DNA of 64,000 bases from Psammoneis japonica (Eukaryota). Location of the stretch: contig QPGO01000198.1 in the NCBI GenBank assembly GCA_008632985.1, positions 62,001-126,000 of the forward strand. The letters are read 5' to 3'. The first letter of the stretch is position 1. Each line of letters opens with the position of its first letter. A program made the position numbers and the translations under genes. The notes under the pieces are model-generated. The model ran no database searches, was not told the origin of the DNA, and saw nothing but the letters and a program-made list of their open reading frames with translations. Shown in pieces: positions 46,175 through 60,274 of this stretch.

Positions 46175-48995
46175 CATGGCCACCAAAACCAACAGCACCA
46201 AATGCAAAGGTGCACCGTCCTCCTGCAAGAAGATGGCCACACAAAGCGAGACGACTTCTCCAAAAAAAAATTCGAAGCAACAAGGCATCCAAAACAAGCT
46301 CTTTGACAACATGGGAAAAGATGCCAGCACCCGATGGATGGAAAGCACCACAGGAAACGTGGTGGTGGAGATGGAACACTGGACAACTCTGAGATGACTG
46401 AGAACACAGTCAAGGCTGGGAACCCAAAAGTCACTCAAGCCCCTTTTGAAGATTGGGGGTTGGCATTTCATTTGCCTTTTCTCCTCCGATGAAGCAGTGC
46501 CACAACAAAAGTTCTCAAGAGCGAACCAGACAAGGATGATGACACCTTTCTGATTGACAGTTTTGCATCAGCTGACAGAGAGCTCATCAATCATCACAGC
46601 CAGAAGAACAACAAGAAAGCCCTCATCAAGGTGGTTGACATGGCAAAAGCCAGCAATTGGAAAAAGCATGCTTTCCTTCTTTGGCCCACTTTCAGCCATC
46701 CTTCTGGTCCATTGGCCTTGTCCTTGGACTCCTCCATGCTTCAAGTGGCAAGCAAGCAGCAAGTCAGACAAAGCCAAAGAGGGCATGTTTGAGGAGGGTG
46801 GGATGCCAAAAAGAGGCCCCATCTGCTCTGTTTGAAGCAAAAATCTTGGATGCTGAAGCAGGCAAGAACAAAAAACTTTTGCAGCTGTGAACCCAGCCCG
46901 CAAGGCCAAGAAACCGGCATCAACAAAAAACAGCAATTTTTTAGAGAAACACAAAGTGTGTGTGCCACAATTTGTTCCTCACAGGGCCAGCAAAAACAAT
47001 GACTGGATTGCCAAGAACAAACTTGCAGGCACAAAAAGGGCAAACTCCATTAAGAAAAAATGCAGCTGCTTTGGCCCAAACAAAACATGAGCACAGAGGT
47101 CAATGTGGGTGGCTGGAGCTGCAGAGAGGCTGCCATGTGGGAAAAAATGATGACAAAGAAAAGCAAAAGCCAAAGTGCACAAAGACGTCAGCAAAAAAGA
47201 AACAAAGCCAAACAAACTGACCATCAGCAACAAAAAAAAGAGAAAGAGTTGAGGAAGGGGAAAATGGGTGGTGCACACATGAAGATTGCACCACCAGTTG
47301 CAGCACTGTCACAATGTGTCACTTGCATCTTTCCCTTCTCTAGTTGATGCAGGGCTTCTCCCATGTTTGAACAGCTGTGTTGGCTCAAGTTGGTGCAATG
47401 GACTTTTGCCTTGTCTCATGTTGGGTTCTCCTTTCTCAACTGGCTGTCCACAGCATGACAGCCAATGACTCCTGTTTGCTGGCAGAGGCTTTTTTGCTGA
47501 CAGCTTCTCACAAAACTTGCACTTTGTTTGGCAAAATGCAAGTGCACCTGCCATCAAACACAACACACATGTGAGGGCAAGGAGCAAGAAGTGGCAAGAG
47601 CTGCAACATGAGCCCAGCACACGTGTGCACTCTTGGCCACCACTCTTCTGCTGTCAACTCCCAGCATGACTCATCAAATCAGGCCACAGTTTGGGGGTTG
47701 CAAAGAGAGTTGTCTTCTTTTTCTGCACACAAAGCAGTGCGCCAGATTGTCCGGCCTTTTCTTTGGACAATTTGGGCTGCCACTTCCAGCACACAAGAAG
47801 AAAAAGTTGGGGTTTGGGACACATCCCATCCAAGAAAAAATTGTCACACTGTGTCAACAATCAACAACTCTGAGTTTCAAAATTGCCAGAGAGGATGGGT
47901 GGCTCACCAAACTTGGTGACATCAAATGATTTTGTGGGTCATGACACTTTGCCACAACTCAAAGCACCAATTGAAGACCTGTCGTTCCACACCACATCTC
48001 CCAGCAATGCCAAGCTCCTTTCTTGTTGGTGGCTTGTGCCTCTCCAGCTGCCAACCCCAGTTGCCGCCATCCTCCTCCCACAGAGATGAATTTGAAGGTT
48101 TGCACAATCACATTCTCTTGACATTTGAAACACAATTGAGGCAAACCCTTCTCCAGTTCTGGGCAGGGTTCAAGCCAGGGTTGCAAATGTGCAAAAGGCA
48201 CCCCATGCCCCAATTTTCTTTTAGACCAACTCATTGTTGCCAAGGAAATGGTGGCTTCAAGGAGAGGGAGAGGCATGTTTGAAAGAGCAAGCTGTGTTTG
48301 TTCCAATGTGCCCAGTCTGACAACTCTGTTTGCTGTTGCTGGCTGTCTCCTGCAGAGGATCCAAGTGACATTGCCTCATCCCGCCAGCATGCCCCAAGCT
48401 CTCAGCTGCAACTCAAACATGCTTTTCAGCGCTGCGCTGGGCACAACAAGAGCTGTGCCACATCTGTGGCTCTTTCACAGTTGCTTTGTGGGCACCATTT
48501 GTTTCTTTCTGCTCACTTGAAAGATTTAAGATGAAGATGTTGTCAGCAAAGTTGCTGCGCACACTGCACACCCAATGGGCGGGAAGGCTGAAATGCTGCC
48601 CTTGAGTGTTGCAATGCTGGCCTGGGTTAAAGCTGGCACCACTCTTTCTTCAATGGCCAGCCAGTGGAATGACCTTTCTCTTGACACCCTGAAAGAAAAG
48701 GAGGAACTGCTCCATGGGTGCATTTGAGGTGGACAGCACAGCTGGCCTTGTCCACAAAAGCTTCAGCTGGCATGGGTTCAAAGATCTGCTGCTTCTGTGA
48801 GACAAGTCTTTCTCTGCAGATGCCTCTCAGATTGCAGCATGGCACAATGGGCATTCTGATGCACAATTTGGCATTGAGGTTCTTGTTCATGCCTCATGGA
48901 GCTTTCGTTCGCAGTGTTGCCATTCTGTGAGGAGCACACCAGCACCGTCATGAAGCGAAATGGCAGGATCTTCGCCAATGTCTCGGTCATCTGAA
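46175..48995. other. TpA/CpG-depleted block; two convergent coding relics of unknown identity
   Basis: TA is nearly absent and the survivors are mostly TTAG, TTAA and CTAG. Normal composition on both sides. Confidence 0.9.
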
Positions 48996-49563
48996 TGCCA
49001 TGTATTGTAGTTTTGTCGACTAATGACTCTCTACTCTAGCTAGAATAGAGTTGAACTTGTATGTCGGAGGAACAACTGGAACACTCATTGCACATTATTA
49101 TCTTCCCTGCAACTCTACCGTACACATTATTCAGGAAGCCCATGCTACTCTACTTAAAAAACAAAAAGGAGATACCAAAGCAGCAACACGCAATAAACCC
49201 TAAAGACGAATTGTGTCGTACGAATGAACGACATGCAGCCGCATGTCCAACACGTATGATTGGAGTAAGATGTCGACCCATCTCCTTGCTTTATTGCGCC
49301 ACACGAGAAGAGAGCGAGTCTTGCTCTTTAGCAGTCGAAGAGAAGCTGGAAGTTGTCTATGGGTTGTGGTTCTCCTACATAATTTAAAGTTTTCCTATTC
49401 TAACCTAGTCGTAGCATCCATCTTGCATGTAATATCCTGACCAAGGGCTACTACGTACCCGTGTTACAATGCTAAACGATGCAATCACCACAAGAGATTA
49501 CAAAAACAAGTCTTTCTTTGAATTGTTTGATACATTCAGTAAGCAAAGCTTGAATAGCACCTG

Positions 49564-50748
49564 TTAGTTCGGCGTGACGACTTCTTTGAAATTATGTGCA
49601 CCGTACACATCGGATTTCCCGTCATCAATGTTGATTTTCACGGAGTCGCTCATGTAGTGCCAGAGGTAGTCGGCAAAGTTACTGGTAGAGTGAATGAGTG
49701 TATCACATTGCTGAACCAGACGAAAAATGGACAACATGATGATCACTTCCTGTTTCGGGTCGTTGGATGGGGTCTGACTTTCCCACCCGCCTTCAGCCCC
49801 ACGATGGCGTGGCCTATCTAGAAACACCCAGTTGCAGTCAGGAAACTGGGATGATGCTTCTTCAATTGCATTTTGATCATCTGTCAGCAAAAAAATGCTT
49901 CGTTCATTTTTGTGTAGAGAACGATTTCGTTCCGTTGCTGCGTCGATGTACTCGTGAATCTCGTGGTACTTTCGTGACCAATTGCCATGCAGTACAACAT
50001 CACCTCTACGGACGTGCATGGCCGCACACGGCGTAGATAGATTAGCCGATTTGGTTGAGTACTCATACACGGCACGCCTCAGCCAGCTTTGTGGGCGGGT
50101 CGCGTATTCGTATGCCCAGCTCGACATGAGTTCATGAATATGGAGAGAATATTTCGTTGCAAGAAGAGCATTGACCACTTTCTCTCTGGGAAGGTCATCC
50201 GGTACCTCACAAGATGACATATTCAGAAAGAAGCAAGACAGATCCTTTTTCGGGCACGCAGCATGACTCCCATTCTCCTTGTTGGCCGCGTAGTGCCAAT
50301 GGCTATGTGTGTGCATTTGCACCGGTTGTTTCGCATCGAGGGCGTGAATGAGACCATCATTAATGTTAAGAAAGTCAGCTCCCCAACCTGATGACCAAAG
50401 CTCCTTAACTACCATATTTGAGCAGTCTCCGTGATGTTGAATGTCGTGTAGTCTCCGGAAGAACTTAGCTTTGGCTTTGTCTTCCATCGGCGAAAAGCAG
50501 TAGTGCGTGTCATTCTCAGATGAGAGACTCCAATCGGGATGGCTTGTCCACCAGTCATCCATGTTCTTGTCCCAAGATGCGCATAAGGAATGCTCCTCTT
50601 GCAAGTTAGGCAAGTCGGTAACGGGTTTATCAGGATCCGTTACGAACATTTCTTCCGACTTCTCATGAATCGGATGAAGCCACATCAATCTCAACAACGG
50701 GATGAAATTTAACATCATCAGTGCTGTGTAGCGAAACGGGGATTTCAT
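49564..50748 (-). CDS. GT23 / alpha-1,6-fucosyltransferase-like glycosyltransferase
   Basis: SGWGAD, AMHVRRGD, IFLLTDD and CDTLIHSTSNF, with an N-terminal anchor. Confidence 0.8.
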   Translation of the reverse strand: MKSPFRYTALMMLNFIPLLRLMWLHPIHEKSEEMFVTDPDKPVTDLPNLQEEHSLCASWDKNMDDWWTSHPDWSLSSENDTHYCFSPMEDKAKAKFFRRLHDIQHHGDCSNMVVKELWSSGWGADFLNINDGLIHALDAKQPVQMHTHSHWHYAANKENGSHAACPKKDLSCFFLNMSSCEVPDDLPREKVVNALLATKYSLHIHELMSSWAYEYATRPQSWLRRAVYEYSTKSANLSTPCAAMHVRRGDVVLHGNWSRKYHEIHEYIDAATERNRSLHKNERSIFLLTDDQNAIEEASSQFPDCNWVFLDRPRHRGAEGGWESQTPSNDPKQEVIIMLSIFRLVQQCDTLIHSTSNFADYLWHYMSDSVKINIDDGKSDVYGAHNFKEVVTPN

Positions 50749-50981
50749 GTTGATGAGTTTCTGGACAATCACTTTTAGTAGATCGATCAATCATGCCAGT
50801 TAGTTCTCTACACTAAGAGGGGAGAGGGTGAATTTGCAGCTTTCGGCTTTCGTTTGCAGAGATGCGATTTTGTGAGAGTCTTGCAGAGTCAGGGCGCATG
50901 CTAAGTAAAAGTTAACGGTCATGACTGAGAGTTCCAGTCTTGGCTTTCGCGACTGAAAGGAGCAACAGCTCAAATTTGCGT

Positions 50982-51741
50982 CCCCATTTGCTCAAACTTG
51001 GCAAGTTTGAGCAAAATGCTCAAACTTCCGAGATTGCTCAAACTTGCGCAAGATTGAGCAATTGGTCAAAAACATGTGCCAGCTTGGTGCAACAGAGCCC
51101 TGTGTGAAAAAAATCCACCATGTTGGCACACGGCCGAGGACGTTGCATCATTGCGCTCTGATGACATGAAGACAGTGTCGGCACACTGACAATCCATTTG
51201 CCACATGTTTTTGACTTGGAACAACAAACCTCAATGTTGTGGCACATGTCAATTCCTCAGCACACTTTGAAAAATGTTTTCGATCGAAACAAGAGGCAAA
51301 AATGTTGTGCAACACTTTCTCTTCTTCTTGTTGCACCCCACCCCCCATCAAGCCTGTTCTGCCAGAACTTTCAACATTTTCATGCACAAGTTTGTGCCAC
51401 ATGTTTTTCATTGGATTGCTGGGTTTCTTGAAGGTGTTGTCACAGAGAAACTGCGCTCTTTGTTGGCCGCCAATGGCTGCAAACACCACTTTGTTTCTGA
51501 TGCTTTTGTTTTTTGCACTGACACCCCTGCATGCACCAGTTGACAAAAGCAGCAATTGCAGTGTGCACTGCAAGCACTGTGCAGTGGGGGCCAGCTCTGT
51601 GCAGCTGTTTTGTGCAGGCAGCCTCCACTTTGCACTTGCAGCACATGTTTGAGCAACAATTGCTCAACAAATTTGAGCAGTTGTCCAAACACATTCAGCC
51701 CATTTCTTGCTCAAACACATCATGTGTTTGAGCAAACGGTG
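50982..51741. mobile_element. Putative non-autonomous DNA transposon with TGCTCAAA/TTTGAGCA subterminal repeats, within a TpA-depleted block (about 50940-52300)
   Basis: CcCCaTTTGCTCAAAC on the left and GTTTGAGCAAAcGGtG on the right. Motif clusters at 50987-51062 and 51646-51736. No clear TSD. Confidence 0.6.
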
Positions 51742-52470
51742 CTGGACAAAACATGACTCAAGCGGTGCACCGCAGTGGCTGTGATGGCGGCACATGCTTT
51801 TTCAAATTGTTGTCACACAAAGTCATGCACTTTGAGCAAAATGCCTGCACAGTGCTGCTCTGAGCCACAACTGTGTGCAATGAGATTTTGCAGCTTTGCA
51901 GAAGTTTCTGTGACATCGGATTTGCACCCACTGCCTGAGCTGAATTTCTGTGACACACACCAACTTAGATCAACTGCAAAAATCACAGAGCTCTTTCCAG
52001 CTGCTGCCTGGGACAAGCTCAGTCACATGCCTGGGTGCCCTTTCAATCCACAACCATGGATGGGGCCAAAGTTCCTCACCTGTTCACAAAACAGGGGCGC
52101 ACCTCAACATGGTGGTTGAAGTTGTGGTGGGTGGTGGATGACGCTGCGCTGCTGAAGTTCTTGTCCTCAACCAGCTCCAGCGAAAGTGGGTGTTTGTTTT
52201 GCCACCCGCCCGGCCACTTTAAGCTGGTGAAATTTGACATCAGCATCATTTGTCTGTGCCGACTCCCCGCCGCTGGCCAAGTGATTGAGCCATCGCACAA
52301 AAGATGAGTCGTCGTCGGTCGTCGCTTTTTTTTGTCAACCTCGTGCGCACGCACGCACGCACGAGTTTTGCGTGACTGGTCTGTCCTCCCGCCCTCGTGA
52401 CTCACACAACATCATCCTCGCGTCACAACATCATCATCATCATCGCAATCATCGCATCGACAGCTCATTC

Positions 52471-52687
52471 TGGGGGAAGGTCTCCCAGCCAGCTGCTGGC
52501 TGAAGAATTTTGTGTAGAAATTGAACTGAAAGAGTCTGTCAATCTGTGCGTTAGGGGGTTTTGGTGAACGCTGGACAGACTCGTCTTCTTTTGCGTACGT
52601 AAAAATTGTACTTGCAACTTGCAAAACCCCCAAACGCACTGACGATCAGACTTTTTTCAGCCAGCAGCTGGCTGGAGTCTTCCCCCA
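52471..52687. mobile_element. MITE with ~30 bp TIRs and 4-bp TSD
   Basis: TGGGGGAAG..TCC(C)AGCCAGCTGCTGGCTGAA ... TTCAGCCAGCAGCTGGCTGGAGTCTTCCCCCA, with ATTC on both flanks (52467-52470, 52688-52691). Confidence 0.88.
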
Positions 52688-52799
52688 ATTCTTTCATCTC
52701 TCTCTGATTGCGATGCAGGGCTTCTTTTGTATTGAATAACAGCAGTGTAGTCGTTTTCCATCTTTTGTTTCAATATAGAAACAAAAAATCCTCAATACA

Positions 52800-54471
52800 A
52801 TGTATAGACTTGCGAGAAAAAGCAATTTTCTTTTGAAACAACATGTGAAAAGCCGATTTTTTCAGCCATCATGCTGTTGGTTTGCTACCAAACGCCAATT
52901 GCGCGAATCCAAAAAGAGGAAAAAGCAACAACAAGAAGCATCTCTGATCAAAACAGACCTTGTCGATTATAAAGCTAATCAAATTGAAGGCATTGCCACA
53001 CTACCACAAGAAAAAGTAGAAACCTTTGAAAAGGGCATTGTCAAACCCGACGTGACGCCGGCCTTGATTGATTTGACAGATATTTACGATGAACGTTTGC
53101 ATTATGCACCCAAATTTGATTCTCAAAACATTTGAGTCATCGACTCCTCTTTCACAAGAATTGATTCAAGTATTGGCCGTAACGAATCGTCCCATGACGG
53201 TAGCCGAGTACATGAGACAAGCATTGACGCATCCCGTGCATGGTTATTATACCAATCCAACTTCAAATCTAGACAAAAACGAGCAAGATGATGATGATTG
53301 GGATAATGACGACTGGGATACGGAGAATGGATCCGCTCATGACGTGATCGGTAAACGTGGTGATTTTGTCACGGCACCGGAAATCTCTCAAGTCTTTGGA
53401 GAATGCTTGGCTCTGTGGTTTGTGCACTATCTAGAGACAATGCCTGCAAATACCAAAAACAACAACAACAAGATTCGATTGGTGGAAATTGGACCCGGCA
53501 AGGGAACTCTCATGGCCGACGTGGTACGGACCCTTCAATCGAGTTTTTCACAATATGACATTGAGGAAATTCATCTAATCGAACAGAGTCCAGCCATGCG
53601 CAAGGAACAAAAAGAGGCACTGAGTGGCAAAATCGATTCCGAATCCATCATTTATTGGCACGATTCCTTTTTGGATCTCGTGGCAAACAATCAAAAGAAA
53701 AATTCCAAACAAATACCAACCTTTATCATTTGTCAAGAATTCATGGATGCCTTGCCGATTCACGTGTTTGAACACACGCAAGAGGGATGGAGAGAACGCT
53801 TGGTAGATATTGCCGACACAAAATCTACTGAAAACGAGAAAGCAAACGACGAAACGAAAAAGACACGGTTACGATTTGTGACATCACCCGACACGACACC
53901 GGCACTGCGTACGTTATTAAACGTGGATCAATTGGATGGAATGGTACAAGATAATCAAGTCGTGGAGGTTTGTCCTGAAGGAATCTTGTTGGTCCAAGAC
54001 ATTGCAGCCTATTTGGAACGACAGTGCGGCGGTGTTGGCGCCTGTTTGGTGGTGGATTATGGACAAGAGGGATCGAGTGATTCCTTGCGGGGCTTTTCGC
54101 AACACAAGCAGGTTCACGTGCTGAGTCGTCCCGGTCAAGTGGATGTCACGGCCGATGTCGATTTTGCTGCACTCAAGCATGCTGTGAATCATAACGACAA
54201 GAAGAAGCAATCTACCACCGCAACCGCCAGAGCCTTTGGTCCCTTGACACAGGGACAATTTCTAGCATCCATGGGTATTGTGGAACGGGTTAGTCAATTG
54301 ATTGATTTGGAAGAAACGACCGATCAGCAAGCACACGATTTGTACACGGCGTTGGAACGATTAGTGCTGCCCGAGCAAATGGGGGAACGATACAAGGTCC
54401 TATCGATTGTTTGTGGCGGCAAAGATGAATCATCACTGACGGTTCCTGCTGGATTTGAACATGCTCAATGA
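52800..54471 (+). CDS. NDUFAF7: Mitochondrial protein arginine methyltransferase NDUFAF7/MidA (frameshift near 53130)
   Basis: YMRQALTHP..GYY, GDFVTAPEISQVFGE, VEIGPGKGTLM, EFMDALP, DYG, PGQVDVTADVDF and MGERYKV. Confidence 0.93.
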
Positions 54472-54533
54472 GAATATATTTTGTTTAGCTTGTCTAATAA
54501 TGCAATCGTTTTCCCTTTGCTCTATCCATGTTT

Positions 54534-55204
<671 letters not shown>

Positions 55205-55663
55205 CTATGTTGACACTTGTTTTGTTGTTGTCGTTGATGTCTTTTTTTGTGAGAAAGGAGTTCGGGTCGAACATCTGCGACTTGTGAGTCGTGACGGCGG
55301 AATTTTGAGTCGTGACTCGAGGGACGCACGCCGCGCGCGAAACCGAGCGAACGCGATTCAAATTTCTAATCTGGAATCAAATCGTTCGTTTGCGCCGATA
55401 TAGCGGAAACAAAAGGCACGTGTAACTCTTTGAAAGTGGCCTTGTGAAATATTTCTCTTCCTTACTATCCTTAAATTGATTTACTGGAATGGTGACGAGC
55501 TCACAAAGAGTCAATCGCAACATTTCCAAGACAATCACCGCGAAAGCATCCAGTCCGCCGAATCGCAAAAGCAACAATCATACTTCAATTGAAAAATCGC
55601 GTTCCAGTGCCGACAGTGAGAGACCCCAGTAGTGACACACATTATAAAATTCCGCGCTTCCTA

Positions 55664-57606
55664 TTATACAACTTCAATCATGACATTATCATGCACCCCC
55701 TTCAACAAGAGCTGCCCATCATACTTGATGAGTCCCTTTTTCTTTGCACTTCTCAAGGTCCCCACTAGCGCTTCGTAGGTATTTTGAACCACCTCATCGG
55801 TAAACAATACACCAAATGGGACACATGCTGGCCCTTTTTCATCTGCAGTCGACAAGCGAGCAATATCTTTGAGCAATTGCTGCACTTCCTCGTCGACACG
55901 AACAAACGAGTTTTTGTTGGAGTGAAAGAGAGCCTTGTCCGACTTTGTCCTCGAAAGAGGCGCATCAGACGAATCCAGTTTCCCAACTCGACCTTCCATC
56001 ATGGACGCTCGAAATTTCGGTTTGGGGCGTGGTTTCGGTGCCACTGCTTGGTCCGTTCGCCCCCCGCCTTGCTCCTTTGAATGTGATTCTGTCTCGCGTC
56101 TGTAACTTTTTTGGGAGGGAGTTGATTTAATAGTCATTGACACATCCGGCTGTGATTGAACAGGTGCAGTAGCCGCTTTGCTCTTTCCACCAGGTGAGCT
56201 ATCAATGTTAATTCGGATGGCCTCTTTTTTTGCTTTGCGCGCATTACCGTTTTGTGCAGCGGGCGATAATACTCGGCTCTTGTCTCTTGATTTGCGAGGC
56301 GATGATGAGCCGCTCTTTGTCTTCTTTTCACACGATCCACTACTACTACTCTGTTTCCTTAATCTCCTAGTAGGCTTTTCCATTATTTCCTTCTTGTTCT
56401 TTCTTGTTGGAGAATGTTCTTGAAAGAGTTTGGTCCATCGCTCCGAGACATTGCTCTTGATTCTTCGGTGTTCCGACGTGGCCTTCACCAAAGAGGAATT
56501 ATTGTTTTCTTCTTCTTGACGCTGTTTGCGCGTCACCACCATTTCGGAATCACTCCAAGCGCCACAGGGATAAAGCCTCCCTGCACGTCGGCGGGGACTT
56601 GCCGCAGAATTGCATTCTCCATCCGAGTCATCACTGGACAAAAAGGCAGTCGGTATTTTCAAACGTCCCGGGGAGCCTTCTACAGATGAGTTTGGTGACT
56701 GAGCCTTTGGAATGACACTACTTGTGCTTGGCGGACGGGGCGGAGTTTTGAAGCCCAACGACGATACGGACGTTCTTGTAGGAGGCCGAGGCGGGGTTTG
56801 ATGATGAGCGACTGGCAATTGAGCGGTACGTAGAGGCTTTCGTGGTGGCGTTCCAAGAGGAGGTTTCTTCTCTGTACCGAGAGGAGGTGGTGGTGTCGAG
56901 GCTCTCTGTGTCGTCACGACGGGCGGCGATGGTATTGGGGATGATTCTGGTGTAGACGTCGTAGACTGAATCGGCTTTGTTGGTGTGGTCCTTTTCGTCC
57001 ATCGTGGGGGAGTCCGTTTGCTAACCTTGAGTGAAGCTCCCTGCTTCTGTTGCGCTTGTTGTTCTAACGACGGTAGCGCAGGTGGCAGAGCCGCATTCAC
57101 ATCCTCCATATTGTAGGAAGATGGCACAGGGGTAGTATCATTCTCATCCGAGCTCAAATCCTTTTTCATATGCCGTGGAGGTGGAGGAGTAGGTTTCGGA
57201 GACGGAACAACAGGAGGAGGCACCGGTAATTCTGACTCGGAGGATAGCGACTGTGACTGTGTCAGTGACGGAACTTGTTGCTGTTCCTGTACTAGAGATA
57301 TCCTTACGTCGTCGTGCATGCCCTTGAGGAGCATTTGACCCTTGAAATTGATCAGCTTTCGTTTCTTGGCACTTTTCAACGTCCCCACGAGTGCTTCATA
57401 ATATTGTTGCGCTTCTTCGTCTTCAAACAACTCTCCAAAGAGACAGTACGGCTCCTGAGGGTCACCAATACGAACAATATCCAACTGCAACTGCTTCAGT
57501 TCTTGCTCGAGTCGATGCTATAATGGGCAATAATCGAGAGCTTATACGTGAGAGACATGTCGAATTCAATTGTTCCAAACATGCTTTTCGACAAAACATA
57601 CCTCAT
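55664..57606 (-). CDS. Protein with N- and C-terminal Costars (ABRA C-terminal-like) domains and a long Pro/Ser-rich linker; 5' micro-exon inferred
   Basis: FGELF.DE....YEALVGTLKSAKKR..I.F.GQMLLKG.HD occurs twice. ATGAG|GTATG at 57606 is the probable first exon. Confidence 0.88.
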
Positions 57607-58366
57607 GGTCCTTCACGTGATCCTGCGAAGGTGACGGAGTCCAAGAATTTTGTAACGGTGGACTTGATAACTTGCTAGCCATATTGTCACTGTATACTGT
57701 ATCTATTGCAATCTAATATCCCAAACGTCCTTTCAAAACTTTAGAAAACAGTACCAGGTCCATCAACAACAACAGCCAACAACCAACATAACAGGCAGAG
57801 CATGAAATGCGGTGTCCGTCCTCGCAGAGTCCGTTGGCACAATGTCCCACGTTCGTATCTATATTCGATTTCGGAGAAATTAGTTTGATGTCAAATTTTT
57901 TTTAAATAAGAAAGATTTAGAGAAACATACGTACTTGAATACGGGAATGAATTTTTGATACGAGTGAACCTCGTGCCAGACACACAACGTACAGTGTACA
58001 GTATGCCATTTTGGATTCAGCGGGGTGTGGGGGGCACCTCCCTACAATTTTTCTAAGTACATTCTAATGACGCATTCAACACTTGACTGTTCTTTGGGGG
58101 AGCGTTCCTTCGTCAAACATTCCCCCGCTCATCAATTGGTGAACAACGTGCCAACGCGATCTTGCTTCAACACAGCTTGAAACTTCAACACAAGATCGAT
58201 CGCTAACTAACAAGAAGATCTGGATCGCAGATCGAAGCGAACACATTCTGCCTCTCATAAACCCATCATCACAATAAGCAGCATCTGGCAGCTTATTGTT
58301 TTGTCGTCTCTTTGTTGAAAACATCTTTTCCAGCCCAAATTCGTCTAGCTGGCGAATTCCACAAAG

Positions 58367-59952
58367 ATGAAACTTCTTTTGTTGTGTTCCTTCCTCGGCA
58401 TTGGCATTGCATTCTCATCGCAGTTTTCCGAGCTCGAACATCGATACCCTCCTCACCAGAAACCTCGCAGTCTTACGGACACGATTATTCCGGTGGAACA
58501 CAGTGGCGATTTGTACAGTGAAGGTGTCGACATGCTGATCCTTTCGCAATACATTTACGAGTTGGCGGCTCTGCGAAAGCATGCAAAGAAAAAGAAAGAA
58601 ACAGACTTGTTGAAGAGCCTCGACGTTAGTAAAGAACATCCCAAGTGTCTTGCCGAGCTCAATCAGGTGCTCAAGGCGAATCTTCATCACATGTAAGGGT
58701 CTACGAGTGCGGTTGTCTATAGCAAGTCTTGTGTTTCGAGTCTCACATTACTCTTTCTCGAATGATGTTGCGTATATAGTGGCGGCAAGGGCGGGGAACA
58801 AGAGGCCATTGATGCTGTTGCTGCCTTTTTGAGTAGTGAAGATAAGCACGACCAAGAGCTTGTACATGGAACCAAGCACAATCATGATTTGCACGTGTTT
58901 GCCGACAAAAAGGACGATGCCAAGGCATCTCGTGTTCACGGCATTGCCGTGAATAAGAACAGGAAGCGAGTCGAGATTGTGTTTCGCGGAACGGCCAATG
59001 TATCACTCAAGAATGCCTGGTGGGATTGGTCCACCAACTTGAAAGCGGTATGGAGGGTAAGTAGGAATAGTCTCCAAAGCAGGAAGATGTCATCTGGTCG
59101 ATATAATAATCTTACAGAGTCCAATTTCTTCTTGTTGTGACAAAAGAGAAAGGAATCTAATCCTGATACTGATGCAGAAAAGGATGACGTCGTCAACAGT
59201 ATCTTGGTACACCGGGGCTTTTCCAAAGTCCTTCTTGGCTCCCGAAAGAGCAAGATGAGGCCCATTGACAAGATTCTACAGGAAGACATCAAGCCGCTTA
59301 TGCAACCGGGTTACCGGTAAGTAATACAGCGTTGAGAAAAGAAGAAGAAGAAGAAGTCGTTGTCTGTTTCTAACCATGGTTGCAGATTGTACGTGTCTGG
59401 TCATTCGTTGGGAGGTGCGATTGCGACACTTTTTGGTTTCTACGCGGCCGCGGATCCGGACCTTACCCAAGACGGGCCCGTCACGATTTACACATATGCA
59501 GCGCCTCGCGTCGGTGATGCTACCTTTCGAGAAGCCTGTGGTCATCTCGAGAGACAAGGGAAACTTCGTCATGCTCGTTTCCACAACCAACTGGATAAAG
59601 GTGCGTTTTTTTTATACTGGATCAGGCTTTGGAGCGTTTTCATGTAGGACAATCTCATGTCTCATTCTTAATTTTCTTATTTGTAGTCCCTCAACTACCC
59701 TGGTTGGCTGGGCTTTACAAACATGTTGGTATGGAGGTACGACTTCGAAAGGATGAGCCTCCCATTGTGGATTATCCTGTCAAACGCTCATGGCAGCAAT
59801 CTGGTCAAGGGGTCGTGAAAAGCGTTAAAGCGTTACCACAAGCCTTGAAGAATCATTCCCCCGAAGAAATGATGAAACGATTCAAAAAGGCCAAGGACGC
59901 TTTTCTCAAATCGACGCTGGAGCACGAATACCGTGCCATGTGGGGAATTTGA
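58367..59952 (+). CDS. Secreted class 3 lipase (multi-exon)
   Basis: Signal peptide, IVFRGT, DWSTNL, VHRGF, VSGHSLGGAIA, YAAPRVGD, YKHVG and a C-terminal His. Confidence 0.9.
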
Positions 59953-60274
59953 GCAAAGATGGATCCAAAATAAAGTACAGTGGGCGCTGCATTTGTGAAT
60001 GCTGGTGTGTCAAGGATAGTGCTCGCAAAAACACGTCGGGACTAAGTACTTCCCATGGATTCGTGCAGCTCTCGTGCCAGGCCAAATCAAATCACCTTTA
60101 AAAAGAAAATTAGGGGGTTTGTACCTGTCCTTTTAGTAATTTACGACTAACTTAGCTAAATATTTTTTCCGGAGCACGCTGTCCTCTCTTCTTTGTACTT
60201 CAATCGCTTTGCTTCTGAGTTCCCGTGGTAAGGAAGGTGAAAAACTTAATGTATCAACTCTATTTCTTTCTCTT

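Noticed and set aside
50987..51062. CRISPR-like array (also considered at 15290-15480)
   Set aside because: Motifs are short and alternate in orientation, with no regular spacers, no cas genes and a eukaryotic context.
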